In this document: positions 1 through 8,128 of the stretch, piece after piece
Layout of the letters: each line of letters starts with the position of its first letter
How positions within the stretch are numbered: position 1 is the first letter of the stretch
Virus record (IMG/VR): IMGVR_UViG_3300025696_000002
Coordinates: 1-40,595 of that record
DNA length: 40,595 nucleotides
Source of the DNA: a virus
Strand: one strand, 5' to 3'
The notes under the pieces: generated by a model
The model's database searches: none
Seen by the model: the letters and a program-made list of their open reading frames with translations, nothing else
Told to the model about the DNA's origin: nothing
Made by a program: the position numbers and the translations under genes

Positions 1-127
1 ACGAGGTGACGGCGTTTGAAACGCTGGCTGAAAAGTACATGCAGCTAAAGCGCCAGGTTAGAACAGGGGAGTTGATTTGAAGATTAAGCCTTTTGTAGCG
101 CCTGAAATTCAGGAATGCAGAATTGGA
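1..127. repeat. Terminal direct duplication, identical to 40469-40595 (circular-closure overlap of the assembly or terminal redundancy)
   Basis: Read directly: acgaggtgacggcgtttgaa...caggaatgcagaattgga is present at both window ends. It carries the 3' end of CDS 40231-40548 and the 5' end of CDS 77-424, so genes run continuously across the junction. Confidence 0.95.
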
Positions 128-424
128 AATCACAGATGGAGCGTGGCCCGCCTGTTCCAGCTATCAAAAGATTTGTCAGTGATGGAAATTCCGATAGCCC
201 ATCTGAACATCCACTTTATGTACGGCAAAATGAGCCTGCGCGAGTTGGCTGGTCACGCCGTTGCTATTCGCGATGCTGATCTTCGTTGCCCGATTATATT
301 GGATGAGGATGGCGAGCTGATGGACGGCCGGCATCGGTTGATGAAATCAATTATCGAAGGCGCGACGACTATTAAGGCTGTGCGCTTTGACGAAAATCCG
401 GAGCCGTGCAAGTGGGAAAAATGA
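77..424 (+). CDS. ParB-like nuclease domain protein
   Basis: 115 aa ORF. TTG start overlaps the stop of the preceding gene (TTGA). Motif ILDEDGELMDGRHRL resembles the ParB/sulfiredoxin-fold DGxHR signature. Confidence 0.65.
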   Translation: MKIKPFVAPEIQECRIGNHRWSVARLFQLSKDLSVMEIPIAHLNIHFMYGKMSLRELAGHAVAIRDADLRCPIILDEDGELMDGRHRLMKSIIEGATTIKAVRFDENPEPCKWEK

Positions 425-669
425 CTACCGCCGGCCAGTGGCTAATACCCGAAACCGCCCCGCGCGACGGCAACCCGTTTATTGCCAACGTTACCGGCTG
501 GCCGTGGGCGGCAATCGCTGCTTGGAACGAGCACGACGATTGCTTTGTTTATACAACGCTGCAAGCGTACGAAATGGCCGAAGAAACAGTTGATCGCTAC
601 TTTGAAAACGAGCAAGCCCGGCCCAGCGAACTGCGCGGCTGGCAGCCACTACCGGAGATTTTACGCTGA
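421..669 (+). CDS. DUF551-like small phage protein
   Basis: ATG at 421 overlaps the upstream stop (ATGA). N-terminal WLIPETAPRDG matches the W-x-P-I-x-T-A-P-x-D-G signature also seen in the 33614-33982 and 35509-35748 products. Confidence 0.6.
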   Translation: MTTAGQWLIPETAPRDGNPFIANVTGWPWAAIAAWNEHDDCFVYTTLQAYEMAEETVDRYFENEQARPSELRGWQPLPEILR

Positions 670-956
670 TGGCCGAACCGAGCTACTACGTGCAGCAAAT
701 TACCAGCGCGATGAAACGCGAGCTGTCGGTGGGCGTTATGTCAACCACTGGCAGTTGCAACCGCTGCAAAACGGAGGCGGCGCGCGGTTGTGGCGTGTGC
801 CTTACGTGCCGGACAAAAGAGCTGGCAGCGCTAACGGGTAACGACTTACTAGCGCGGCATTACCGCGCGGCGCTGGAAGCGGCTCGCGAGCTTGAGTGTC
901 GGCTTATCCAGCAAGCCGAAATTAACGACAGGGGCCAGATTGATGCTGCTAGCTGA
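669..956 (+). CDS. Hypothetical protein with Cys-rich (zinc-ribbon-like) segment
   Basis: 95 aa ORF with TGATG overlap to the upstream gene. Contains CNRCKTEAARGCGVCLTC. Confidence 0.5.
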   Translation: MAEPSYYVQQITSAMKRELSVGVMSTTGSCNRCKTEAARGCGVCLTCRTKELAALTGNDLLARHYRAALEAARELECRLIQQAEINDRGQIDAAS

Positions 957-1044
957 TATTGCCGTGCTGGCTCTGCGCGTGGCGATCACGGCGGCGCTGG
1001 TTGCGTATTTGTGGCGCGGGTATCGCAGCGGCGGTGCCGCTTGA
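943..1044 (+). CDS. Possible 33-aa hydrophobic peptide
   Basis: Hand-translated: MLLADIAVLALRVAITAALVAYLWRGYRSGGAA. Its stop overlaps a TTG of the next ORF. Below the ORF-track size cutoff. Confidence 0.25.
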   Translation: MLLADIAVLALRVAITAALVAYLWRGYRSGGAA

Positions 1045-1214
1045 GCCTGGATTATTTCAAATGGTTTGAAGCTGAGCTGGCCGCGCTGTGCGAACGCGCG
1101 CAACTAGCCGCAACAGGCCACCCAACACCGAGACTGCCGGAATTCGCCGGCAGCATTCGCCGTTTCCGCAAACCGGAATCGCGCCCTAAACAGGCGCAGT
1201 CTGGTTACGGCTAG
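1041..1214 (+). CDS. Hypothetical protein (start uncertain)
   Basis: Frame open from 1011. A TTG at 1041 overlaps the preceding small-ORF stop (TTGA). No recognisable motif. Confidence 0.3.
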   Translation: MSLDYFKWFEAELAALCERAQLAATGHPTPRLPEFAGSIRRFRKPESRPKQAQSGYG

Positions 1215-1294
1215 CTTGGCGCGGTGCTCTCAGGTGTGGGTATCGCGCTAAATAAAACAGTCATCCGGTCGGCTGTAATTGGCCGGAATTTAGT

Positions 1295-1374
1295 GCTCTT
1301 TAGCGAGCAGGTAGGCCGTACCGGTAACGGCGGCGGGTTCCCTGACCTTCTCTCTGCCTGCTCGACTAAAGCGC
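1295..1374 (+). other. Long imperfect hairpin inside a ~330-nt noncoding leader
   Basis: GCTCTTTAGCGAGCAGG (1295-1311) pairs with CCTGCTCGACTAAAGCGC (1357-1374) with one mismatch and one bulge. Further small stems follow: GCTGGC/GCCAGC and GCCCGCA/TGCGGGC. Confidence 0.5.
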
Positions 1375-1550
1375 ATTACCGCCGCTGGCTGCGGCAATAA
1401 GCCAGCAATGCGTCGCCGTCTGCGTACGACTGGCAGCAACGGGACGCAACTAATTCAACGGCTAAGCCCGCAGGCCATAAATTGCGGGCAAAGAAAAACC
1501 GCGCTGCTGTCGAGGCGGGTACGCGGTTTACCAAACTGGTGAGACGAACT

Positions 1551-1772
1551 ATGAGCGAAAACTCAGAAAATTACAAGGCCGGCGAAACATCTGGCCCAAG
1601 CGGCAGCCTGGAGCTGGATTTATTCGGGATGGTGACTATCACCGGCACCGTCGACGAGCACGGCAATATCCACATGCCCGCAGACGAGTTGCTAATGCAC
1701 TGCCTGCGGATTTTTAAGGGCCGGTTAATGACGCTGGCGGGGATCTATTACAAGCAGTCGGAGGGCGAATGA
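1551..1772 (+). CDS. Hypothetical protein
   Basis: The ORF is open from 1482. The ATG at 1551 (MSENSENYK...) is the first ATG. No motif recognised. Confidence 0.45.
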   Translation: MSENSENYKAGETSGPSGSLELDLFGMVTITGTVDEHGNIHMPADELLMHCLRIFKGRLMTLAGIYYKQSEGE

Positions 1773-1774
1773 GC

Positions 1775-1873
1775 ATGATTAAGCAGTTAATTCTGAGCGC
1801 CTATCTGCGCGGCTTTATACCGGCTGTTTTCGTTTCATTCTGCTTTGCGGTTCTGCCGCTACGGGAGGCGTAA
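1775..1873 (+). CDS. Possible 32-aa hydrophobic peptide
   Basis: Hand-translated MIKQLILSAYLRGFIPAVFVSFCFAVLPLREA. Its TAA overlaps the ATG of the next gene (TAATG). Confidence 0.25.
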   Translation: MIKQLILSAYLRGFIPAVFVSFCFAVLPLREA

Positions 1874-2634
1874 TGCCCCGTAAAAGAGAGATTAAATTCG
1901 GATTTTTTCAGAACGATTTATTGACTGACATATCCCCTTGCGGTCGATTAATGTTTCAGGGCATGTGGTGTTTGGCTGACTTTGAGGGCCGTTTATTAGA
2001 CCGACCAAAGCGAATAAAAGCCGCTGTTATGCCCTACGATAATTTTGATTTTGAGGCCGATTTAGAGGCGCTTGAAAAGAACGGTTTTATCCATCGCTAC
2101 ACGGTTAACGAAATCAGTGTTATCGAAATTTGTAACTTTACGAAACATCAAAACTTGCATCCGAACGAAAAACTTAACGGCTCTGCTATTCCTCGCGAAG
2201 ATGGAAGTGTTCCGCAAGTTACTGATAACGATAAAAAAGTTATTGCGGATAAAAAAATCGCGAGTAAATCGCGAGTAAATCGCGATAAAAAACGTACTAA
2301 TCGGGCTTTTACTTCTTTTACTTCTTTTACTTCTTCTACTTCTTTTAATTACCCCAAACCCCTGGCGGGTTTGGTGGGCAAACTCGATGAGTTTGCAGAG
2401 CACCGGCGTGATCTAAAAAAACCAATGACCGAGCGGGCAGCAATTTTGCTAATCGGCCAGCTGGAAAAGTTTGCCGGTGAGGGCCACGACGTGTCGGCAA
2501 TGATCGACACGGCCATCGTCAACGGCTGGCAGTCCGTTCATCCGCCAAAGAATTTTGGCAGCACGCCAGCGCCGGCAGAGCAGGGCACCGCCGGCCAAGA
2601 TGCCTGGATGCGTGAAATGGGGATCGAGCTATGA
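1873..2634 (+). CDS. Putative replication initiator / replisome organiser (lambda O-like position)
   Basis: 253 aa, lying immediately upstream of and translationally coupled to the primase-helicase. A low-complexity linker (FTSFTSFTSSTSF) is encoded by an internal iteron/AT-rich tract. Confidence 0.5.
   Translation: MPRKREIKFGFFQNDLLTDISPCGRLMFQGMWCLADFEGRLLDRPKRIKAAVMPYDNFDFEADLEALEKNGFIHRYTVNEISVIEICNFTKHQNLHPNEKLNGSAIPREDGSVPQVTDNDKKVIADKKIASKSRVNRDKKRTNRAFTSFTSFTSSTSFNYPKPLAGLVGKLDEFAEHRRDLKKPMTERAAILLIGQLEKFAGEGHDVSAMIDTAIVNGWQSVHPPKNFGSTPAPAEQGTAGQDAWMREMGIEL
2229..2342. repeat. Iteron-like direct repeats plus AT-rich tract (candidate ori) inside the initiator gene
   Basis: 3 x GATAAAAAA; 3 x 11-bp AAATCGCGAGT/AAATCGCGATA (2255-2287); 4 x 9-bp TTTTACTTC/TTCTACTTC (2307-2342). 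Locally much more AT-rich than the flanks. Confidence 0.5.
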
Positions 2635-4463
2635 AAACGATTTCCGATATTTCGCAGATGCTGGCCGACCGCGCCGAGGCGACGGCGGTTGAGCTTCTGC
2701 CGAACGGTAAGCGGGCCGGCAAGGAATGGCAGGCCGGCAGCGTTGACGGCGAAAAGGGTGCCAGCCTGAACGTTTGCATTGCTGGCTCGAAAGCGGGCGT
2801 GTGGTCAGACTTTGCGACTGGCGAGCGCGGCGACCTGATGGATTTGTGGGCGACGGTGCGCGGCGTAGACCTGGGCGAAGCGCTGCAACAGGCCGCGAGC
2901 TGGCTAGGGGTTGAGATGCCGAAGTTTGCTGGCAAGCGCGAGCAGAGCTACCAGCCGCCGGCGGTGCCCAAAACCGCGAGAGTTGCTGGCGCTAGCGACC
3001 CGGCGATGAACTATCTTCGCGACGTTCGGCAAATTCCGCAGGCCGTAATTGAAGCCTACCGGGTGCAGGGCACCGCAACGTCTGTGCTGTTTCCGTTCTA
3101 CCACGGCGACGATCTAAAAATGATGAAGGCGCTGCGGATAGCGCGCATCGACGGCAAGAAGGATATTCGCCCCACTTCCGGCGAGCAAATGCACTGCCTT
3201 TTTGGCTGGCAAGCGGTTAGCGATAAAGCCAGAAATATCACGATTTGCGAGGGCGAAATTGACGCGATGAGCCTCTACGCTTGCGGCTTTACGGCGCTGT
3301 CGGTTCCGTTCGGTGGCGGCGCTGGCGGTAAGCATCAGTGGATTGAAAACGAGTACGACCGGCTGGCTCGTTTTGACACGATTTACCTTTGTTTTGACAA
3401 CGACGAGGCCGGCAAAACAGCGACCGCCGATATTGCCCGCAGACTCGGTGAGCACCGCTGCCGCGTGGTTAAGCTGCCGCTAAAAGATGCCAACGAGTGT
3501 TTGTTGGCCGGCCAGTTAGACCTGGTTAATCGCGGTTTTTTGGCGGCTCAGAGCTTTGACCCGCAGGAGCTACGCAGCGCGTCGGAGTTTTACGACGAGA
3601 TACACGCCAAGTTTTACCCGGATGGCGGCGTAGAGGCCGGCTTGCATCTGCCGTTTTTCGACAGCGAAAAGTTAGTTTTGCGCCCTGCTGAATTATCAAT
3701 CTGGAACGGGGTAAACGGCCACGGCAAGTCGCAGGCGGTCGGACAGATTGTGCTGGAGGCGATGCGTGACGGCAGCCGTTGCTGCGTAGCCTCGATGGAG
3801 TTTAAGCCGGAGATGCTGCTGTGGCGCATTACGACACAAGCCGCTGGCCTAAACGGCGACTCGCCGCCGTCACCTGAATTTATTCGGGAAATTACGAACT
3901 GGTATCAGCGCCGGCTGTGGATGTTCGGGGTTGTCGGTTCGGCAAACTGGGAGCGTTTGCTAGAAGTTTTTCAGTACGCCGCCAAGCGTTACGGCTGCAA
4001 TATCTTTGTTGTCGATTCGCTGCTGAAGTGCGGCATTGACGAGGACGACTACAACGGCCAGAAACGATTCGTAGAGGCTTTGTGCGATTTCAAAAACACG
4101 CACGACTGCCACGTTTTGCTAGTGACTCACAGCCGCAAGGGCGACGGCGAATTCAAGCCGACTGGCAAGATGGATGTTCGCGGCTCCGGCACGATTACCG
4201 ACCTTTGCGACACGTTAGTAAACGTTTGGCGGAACAAGCCGAAAGAGAAAGAAATTAATTCCAGCGACGCCGAAATTCGCGACAAGGCAGCGGACAAGCC
4301 TGATTCGATTTGGTCGGTGCAAAAACAACGGAACGGCAACGGCTGGGAAGGCGGGCGCGGCCTTTGGTTTCATCCGCCGTCGATGCAGTTCCTTCGCGGC
4401 CAGCACGCGAAACCTTTTCAATACGTCGGCTATAGCAGCCAACAATCGGAGCAATACGCATGA
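2631..4463 (+). CDS. Bifunctional DNA primase-helicase (Toprim + DnaB/T7 gp4-like ATPase)
   Basis: 610 aa. Toprim-like ICEGEIDAMSLY ... CFDNDEAG. Walker A NGVNGHGKSQ. Walker B-like NIFVVDSL. C-terminal helicase-like segment LLVTHSRK. Confidence 0.85.
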   Translation: MKTISDISQMLADRAEATAVELLPNGKRAGKEWQAGSVDGEKGASLNVCIAGSKAGVWSDFATGERGDLMDLWATVRGVDLGEALQQAASWLGVEMPKFAGKREQSYQPPAVPKTARVAGASDPAMNYLRDVRQIPQAVIEAYRVQGTATSVLFPFYHGDDLKMMKALRIARIDGKKDIRPTSGEQMHCLFGWQAVSDKARNITICEGEIDAMSLYACGFTALSVPFGGGAGGKHQWIENEYDRLARFDTIYLCFDNDEAGKTATADIARRLGEHRCRVVKLPLKDANECLLAGQLDLVNRGFLAAQSFDPQELRSASEFYDEIHAKFYPDGGVEAGLHLPFFDSEKLVLRPAELSIWNGVNGHGKSQAVGQIVLEAMRDGSRCCVASMEFKPEMLLWRITTQAAGLNGDSPPSPEFIREITNWYQRRLWMFGVVGSANWERLLEVFQYAAKRYGCNIFVVDSLLKCGIDEDDYNGQKRFVEALCDFKNTHDCHVLLVTHSRKGDGEFKPTGKMDVRGSGTITDLCDTLVNVWRNKPKEKEINSSDAEIRDKAADKPDSIWSVQKQRNGNGWEGGRGLWFHPPSMQFLRGQHAKPFQYVGYSSQQSEQYA

Positions 4464-4894
4464 GCACAATAAGTTTTACCGGCCGAATCGGGCGCGACTG
4501 CGAAGTTCGCCAGGCAGGCCAGAGCACCGTCGCAGAGATAGCCGTTGCAGTCGATACCGGCTATGGCGAGCGCAAAAAAACGACATGGTATCGCTGCCAG
4601 CTTTGGGGGAAGCGTGCCGAGGGCGGCTTGATTGACTACCTAAAAAAAGGAACGCAGGTATTTGTAACCGGCGAGCACAGCGGCAGCGAGTACAAGAAAA
4701 AAGACGGTAGCAGCGGCTACAGCAACGACGTGAATATTGACCGGATTTCGCTCATTGGCGGCAGAGACGGCGGCAGTCAGTCGGGCAGCAGCCAGCCACA
4801 AGGGCGCAATAGCTACGGAAATGCGGCCGCTAGTCAGCCACGCATCGCGCCAGACCAGCCGCCGGCTGATTTTGACGACGACATCCCGTTCTAG
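4460..4894 (+). CDS. ssb: Single-stranded DNA-binding protein
   Basis: 144 aa with an OB-fold-like N-terminus, a Gly/Ser/Gln-rich linker and the canonical acidic tail DFDDDIPF. Confidence 0.9.
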   Translation: MSTISFTGRIGRDCEVRQAGQSTVAEIAVAVDTGYGERKKTTWYRCQLWGKRAEGGLIDYLKKGTQVFVTGEHSGSEYKKKDGSSGYSNDVNIDRISLIGGRDGGSQSGSSQPQGRNSYGNAAASQPRIAPDQPPADFDDDIPF

Positions 4895-4903
4895 GCCGTA
4901 TTC

Positions 4904-5209
4904 ATGACCGCAGAACAACAAAAAAACTACTTCGCCAGCGAGCGCGAAACCCTAACCGCCGAAATGCAGCGACAGAAAGCGTTGCGCGTGCAGGCGAGTG
5001 GTAAAGCCAAGCCGGACGGATGGGCGGCGCGTGAGTGGGCAGCGGCAAAGAAAAAGCACGTCGATGCGGAGCTTGAGCATGAGGCGGCTATTGAGGCCGT
5101 GAATCACTTGGAAATTAAATTGCAGGCGGCGCGAGCTGCGGCGAACAAAACGCGGGGCCGGCTATCCGTGGCTTTCCGGCAGGCCCGCGAAATGGGGATT
5201 ATTCAATGA
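4904..5209 (+). CDS. Hypothetical coiled-coil protein
   Basis: 101 aa, Ala/Lys/Glu-rich, in the operon frame. Confidence 0.5.
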   Translation: MTAEQQKNYFASERETLTAEMQRQKALRVQASGKAKPDGWAAREWAAAKKKHVDAELEHEAAIEAVNHLEIKLQAARAAANKTRGRLSVAFRQAREMGIIQ

Positions 5210-5547
5210 GCCGATACCAGCAAAAACAGCGAGCCGAATTCCGCAACGCGAAAGCTCCGAAGCCGGCGACCGTAATTAGGTTTAGCCCCAACGGCGAGCG
5301 CCGAGGCTGTCAGATGCCGCGAGTGTCGAAAGTGCAGAAGGAAATTATGGCGGCGATAGCCGATGGCCGGGTGTACTCGCTAGAAGAAATCAGCGCTATC
5401 ACGGGCCTGAAACGCGAAAACATACGGCACTGCTTTGCCCGCGCAGACAAAACCGTGGTTCCGGTCAGAGTTACCGAGGCGGGCGTTGAACATACCGGCG
5501 TAGCGCGTGCGGTTTTTAACAACTGGCTATTCGGGCGGGCAGCATGA
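5206..5547 (+). CDS. Hypothetical protein (possible winged-helix DNA binder)
   Basis: 113 aa with ATGA overlap to the upstream gene. The segment YSLEEISAITGLKRENIRHCF looks HTH-like. Confidence 0.45.
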   Translation: MSRYQQKQRAEFRNAKAPKPATVIRFSPNGERRGCQMPRVSKVQKEIMAAIADGRVYSLEEISAITGLKRENIRHCFARADKTVVPVRVTEAGVEHTGVARAVFNNWLFGRAA

Positions 5548-5726
5548 GCGCCCCACGGCCAACAGGCCCGATACCGGAGCCGCAGAGCACGGACGCTGAC
5601 AACCGGAAGCCTCGTTGCCAGTGCGGGCGAGTGGCGCGTGAAAACAGGGATTACTGCCGGCCATGTACTCGAAAAAATTTGGTAAAAATGGATTTGGCAT
5701 GGCCGAAAAATGGGGCAGACGAATGA
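5544..5726 (+). CDS. Small Cys-rich protein
   Basis: 60 aa containing CQCG...CRPC (zinc-ribbon-like). Overlaps both neighbours by 4 nt. Confidence 0.4.
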   Translation: MSAPRPTGPIPEPQSTDADNRKPRCQCGRVARENRDYCRPCTRKNLVKMDLAWPKNGADE

Positions 5727-5923
5727 GCAAATACAACTGCACGACAGCGCCTGACGACTTCCTTTTAGTTAATCCGATTACATCCGGCGTCGTGGAAGTT
5801 CAGCTATTCGGCGCAGACCTTTATGAGGTTTCGCTATCAGTTGATCTAACGCCCGGCTTTGCGCGCCAGCTGGCTGCTGAGCTATTAGCCGCGGCGGATA
5901 AGATTGATGAGATTGCAAAATAA
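5723..5923 (+). CDS. Hypothetical protein
   Basis: The ATG at 5723 overlaps the upstream stop (ATGA). 66 aa. Confidence 0.45.
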   Translation: MSKYNCTTAPDDFLLVNPITSGVVEVQLFGADLYEVSLSVDLTPGFARQLAAELLAAADKIDEIAK

Positions 5924-6089
5924 ATGGGGACTAATCCGCGATGAAGGCAATAAACGCTATTACCGCATGCCCGTTCTGCCGCTGGGGCCGCGCACGCTTG
6001 AGACGCGGCTTAACCCGGCTACCGGCAAACATCAGCCGTACCGTGTCCACTATCGACAAAGCGATGCAGGGGCCGGCTGTGCGGGCTGA
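5904..6089 (+). CDS. Hypothetical protein (doubtful)
   Basis: 61 aa ORF with TTG/ATG start options at 5904/5907. It overlaps the previous gene and has no motif. Confidence 0.25.
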   Translation: MMRLQNKWGLIRDEGNKRYYRMPVLPLGPRTLETRLNPATGKHQPYRVHYRQSDAGAGCAG

Positions 6090-6116
6090 TGCTGTGCGGT
6101 TGGCGGGGCGGTTGTG

Positions 6117-6608
6117 ATGGGGCCGCCGTTTCTGTGCATAGACCCTGGCCCCAAGTCCAGCGGGGTTTGCGAATACTTGCCGGAAATAAACGGAGTACGA
6201 AATGCCGACAGCAAAGCCGACAATAACTCACTGATGCTTGATCGAGAAGGCTTGCCCGTACTAATCGAGATGATAGCGAGCTACGGTATGCCAGTGGGTG
6301 CGTCAGTGTTTGAAACATGTGGCTATATCGGCAGGCTAGTACAGCACTACGGCCCTGATAACTGCCTGTTGATCTATCGCAAGGACGTGAAGCTGACGCT
6401 CTGCAACAGTCTTCGAGCAAAGGATGCAAACGTGCGCCAGGCGTTGCTCGACAGGTTCCCCGCCTACGGCGGCGGAAAGACCCCGCAGGTAGGTACAAAA
6501 AACGATCAAGGCCCGTTGTATGGCGTTACGTCGCACGCATGGTCTGCACTGGCGTTAGGCGTTGCTTACGCGGAAAACCCGTCAATCGGCCGGCGGCCAA
6601 ATTTTTAG
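6117..6608 (+). CDS. RuvC-like Holliday junction resolvase (putative)
   Basis: N-terminal FLCIDPGPKSSG resembles the RuvC IDPG..sG catalytic-Asp motif. Size (~163 aa) and position after the replication genes fit a phage resolvase. Confidence 0.5.
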   Translation: MGPPFLCIDPGPKSSGVCEYLPEINGVRNADSKADNNSLMLDREGLPVLIEMIASYGMPVGASVFETCGYIGRLVQHYGPDNCLLIYRKDVKLTLCNSLRAKDANVRQALLDRFPAYGGGKTPQVGTKNDQGPLYGVTSHAWSALALGVAYAENPSIGRRPNF

Positions 6609-6627
6609 CACTGGGGATTATTGAGCA

Positions 6628-7101
6628 ATGACAGAAACCATCGGGCAACGGCGGGCCGGCATGAAGCAGAAAAGCATCGACGAGCTGCTAGCCGGCTGGC
6701 GTACGTATCGTGAGATAAAAAAGGGCATTACTGGGCAAGCGACGAGCTTTAATCACAATTTGCCTGAGGATTTTAAGCCCGAGTACAAGCCGGGCCGCGA
6801 GAATTTTGAAACGCCGATGACTAAGCCGGAGTCGCTATGCCATGCGCTACAGCGCGCGGAGGCTGAGCGCTGGGAATACACGGCTGTGGAAGTGGCCATT
6901 AAGGGCGTCATAGCCGGCTGGGGCGACAGCGGCCTGCGAGTGGCCCTAGCGTATTGCTCGCGCGGCGTGGGCAGCAGCACGATAGCTGACGAGTCGGGCA
7001 TTAAGCGACACGTATGCAGCGCGGTAATCCGCTCCATTAGAGAGCAGGCACCGGCGGCGTTTGAGGGGATAAGGGCGGCGCGGTGGTTGCGGGCGGGTTG
7101 A
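6628..7101 (+). CDS. Hypothetical protein; possible Q-like late-gene regulator
   Basis: 157 aa. It is the last gene of the early-right block. The C-terminal ALAYCSRGVGSSTIADESGIKRHVCSAVIRSI resembles an HTH / sigma region-4-like segment found in Q-family antiterminators. Weak, by eye. Confidence 0.4.
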   Translation: MTETIGQRRAGMKQKSIDELLAGWRTYREIKKGITGQATSFNHNLPEDFKPEYKPGRENFETPMTKPESLCHALQRAEAERWEYTAVEVAIKGVIAGWGDSGLRVALAYCSRGVGSSTIADESGIKRHVCSAVIRSIREQAPAAFEGIRAARWLRAG

Positions 7102-7254
7102 ATTATTTTTAGATAACGATTTGCGACAAAGCGAACTATGGCTAAAACTAAATATATTTAAGTATTGGCGCGTTAAGACAATATATACTAATCATAGTGC
7201 AGTAAACTAGTTGCATGAGTTGAGGGATTAGCCCGAAACGAAACGGAGATAAAA

Positions 7255-7617
7255 ATGAATACTTTTAACGCCTTTTCAGCTGCTAACAAAGAAACTATAA
7301 CGGATCTTATCAGCGCCATCTCCAAAGCTAGCCACGGACTTGAATTAGAGAGTTCAGCAAGCTTCATAATGAATGCGAGCGTGAAAAGTGCCCTTATTTC
7401 GGTTCTTGATGGGTTGAATGATTTCATTAAAACCGCCGATGCGAACGAGTGTGATGACATTGCACAATGGCCGAATGACGTTGTCGGATTTTGTGCTCGA
7501 TTAGCCCGTCATTTGAGCGGCTCGCTTCACGGAAAAGGCTTAAGCAATGGCTATTACGACAACGCTCAAATTCTAGGGGTTCTGGTTTGTGAAATGGAAA
7601 GAGGCGCTGTCAAATGA
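7255..7617 (+). CDS. Hypothetical protein (low-GC island gene 1)
   Basis: 120 aa, preceded by GGAGATAAAAATG and by a 150-nt AT-rich spacer. No motif recognised. Confidence 0.6.
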   Translation: MNTFNAFSAANKETITDLISAISKASHGLELESSASFIMNASVKSALISVLDGLNDFIKTADANECDDIAQWPNDVVGFCARLARHLSGSLHGKGLSNGYYDNAQILGVLVCEMERGAVK

Positions 7618-7841
7618 TCTCCGACACAGAGCCTAGAGTTGTTGTTAGCAAGTGCAGAAGAATGGGCGGATATCTGATTAGCGTTGAAAGTAAGAGGTTT
7701 ACTGAGTCTGACCGAATGGCCGGAAACTCACCGGAAGAGGCCGCTGCAGCTTTAGCGAGAGCAATAGTTCGCTACGGAATAAGAAAAGGCCGGGCTATAG
7801 CGCCTGCCGATGTTATGGCATTGATTAAGGATTTCTGGTGA
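7614..7841 (+). CDS. Hypothetical protein (low-GC island gene 2)
   Basis: 75 aa with ATGA overlap to gene 1. Confidence 0.55.
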   Translation: MISDTEPRVVVSKCRRMGGYLISVESKRFTESDRMAGNSPEEAAAALARAIVRYGIRKGRAIAPADVMALIKDFW

Positions 7842-7999
7842 GCCCCAGCCAACAATGCAAAGCCGCCGGCCTTCGGAGCCTTAAACAGCTCTCTGAGGTA
7901 TGCGGCGAATCAGAGCACACGCTCTATAACTGGCACAAAAACCGGCCTAAAGTTTTCGCAATGTTGATTGTTGCGGCGCTGTTGGAATTTGAGGATTGA
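7838..7999 (+). CDS. Small HTH-like protein, paralogue of the 32137-32298 product
   Basis: Hand-translated 53 aa (GTG start, GTGA overlap): VSPSQQCKAAGLRSLKQLSEVCGESEHTLYNWHKNRPKVFAMLIVAALLEFED. It aligns along its full length with MTPSEQCKAAGLKSLEVLSQASGVSVQTLINWHRSKPKLFALLIKGAVVEVGA, which is also 53 aa. Confidence 0.55.
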   Translation: MSPSQQCKAAGLRSLKQLSEVCGESEHTLYNWHKNRPKVFAMLIVAALLEFED

Positions 8000-8007
8000 G
8001 CCCCGGC

Positions 8008-8037
8008 TTGACGCGTAGTACGTAAACAGAGGATAAT
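8008..8037 (+). promoter_or_regulatory. Candidate sigma70-type late promoter
   Basis: TTGACG (8008-8013), 18-nt spacer, GATAAT (8032-8037), located between the moron island and the packaging genes. Confidence 0.4.
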
Positions 8038-8081
8038 TGCTAACGTGGTAATAGCTGAGTAGCTAAAGCCAGAAAACAAGG

Positions 8082-8117
8082 CCCGCCCCGCATCTCACTG
8101 ATGCGCACCCCGGCGGG
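8082..8117 (+). other. Bipartite GC-rich hairpin in the late leader
   Basis: CCCGCC/GGCGGG outer stem and CGCATC/GATGCG inner stem, with an internal loop. Confidence 0.4.
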
Positions 8118-8128
8118 TTATATCTCAA

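Noticed and set aside
1311-1356. GGGTTCCCTGA segment in the 1215-1550 gap as a possible tRNA T-arm.
   Set aside because: No acceptor stem, D-arm or anticodon arm can be built around it. It sits in the loop of the long hairpin.
8038-8122. TGCTAAC ... GTTATAT pair spaced 85 bp apart in the late leader, the same spacing and right-hand heptamer as E1/E8.
   Set aside because: The sequences next to the two heptamers are not complementary (GTGGTAATAGC vs CCGCCGGGGTG). The only hairpin is internal (8082-8117). Judged a coincidental match.
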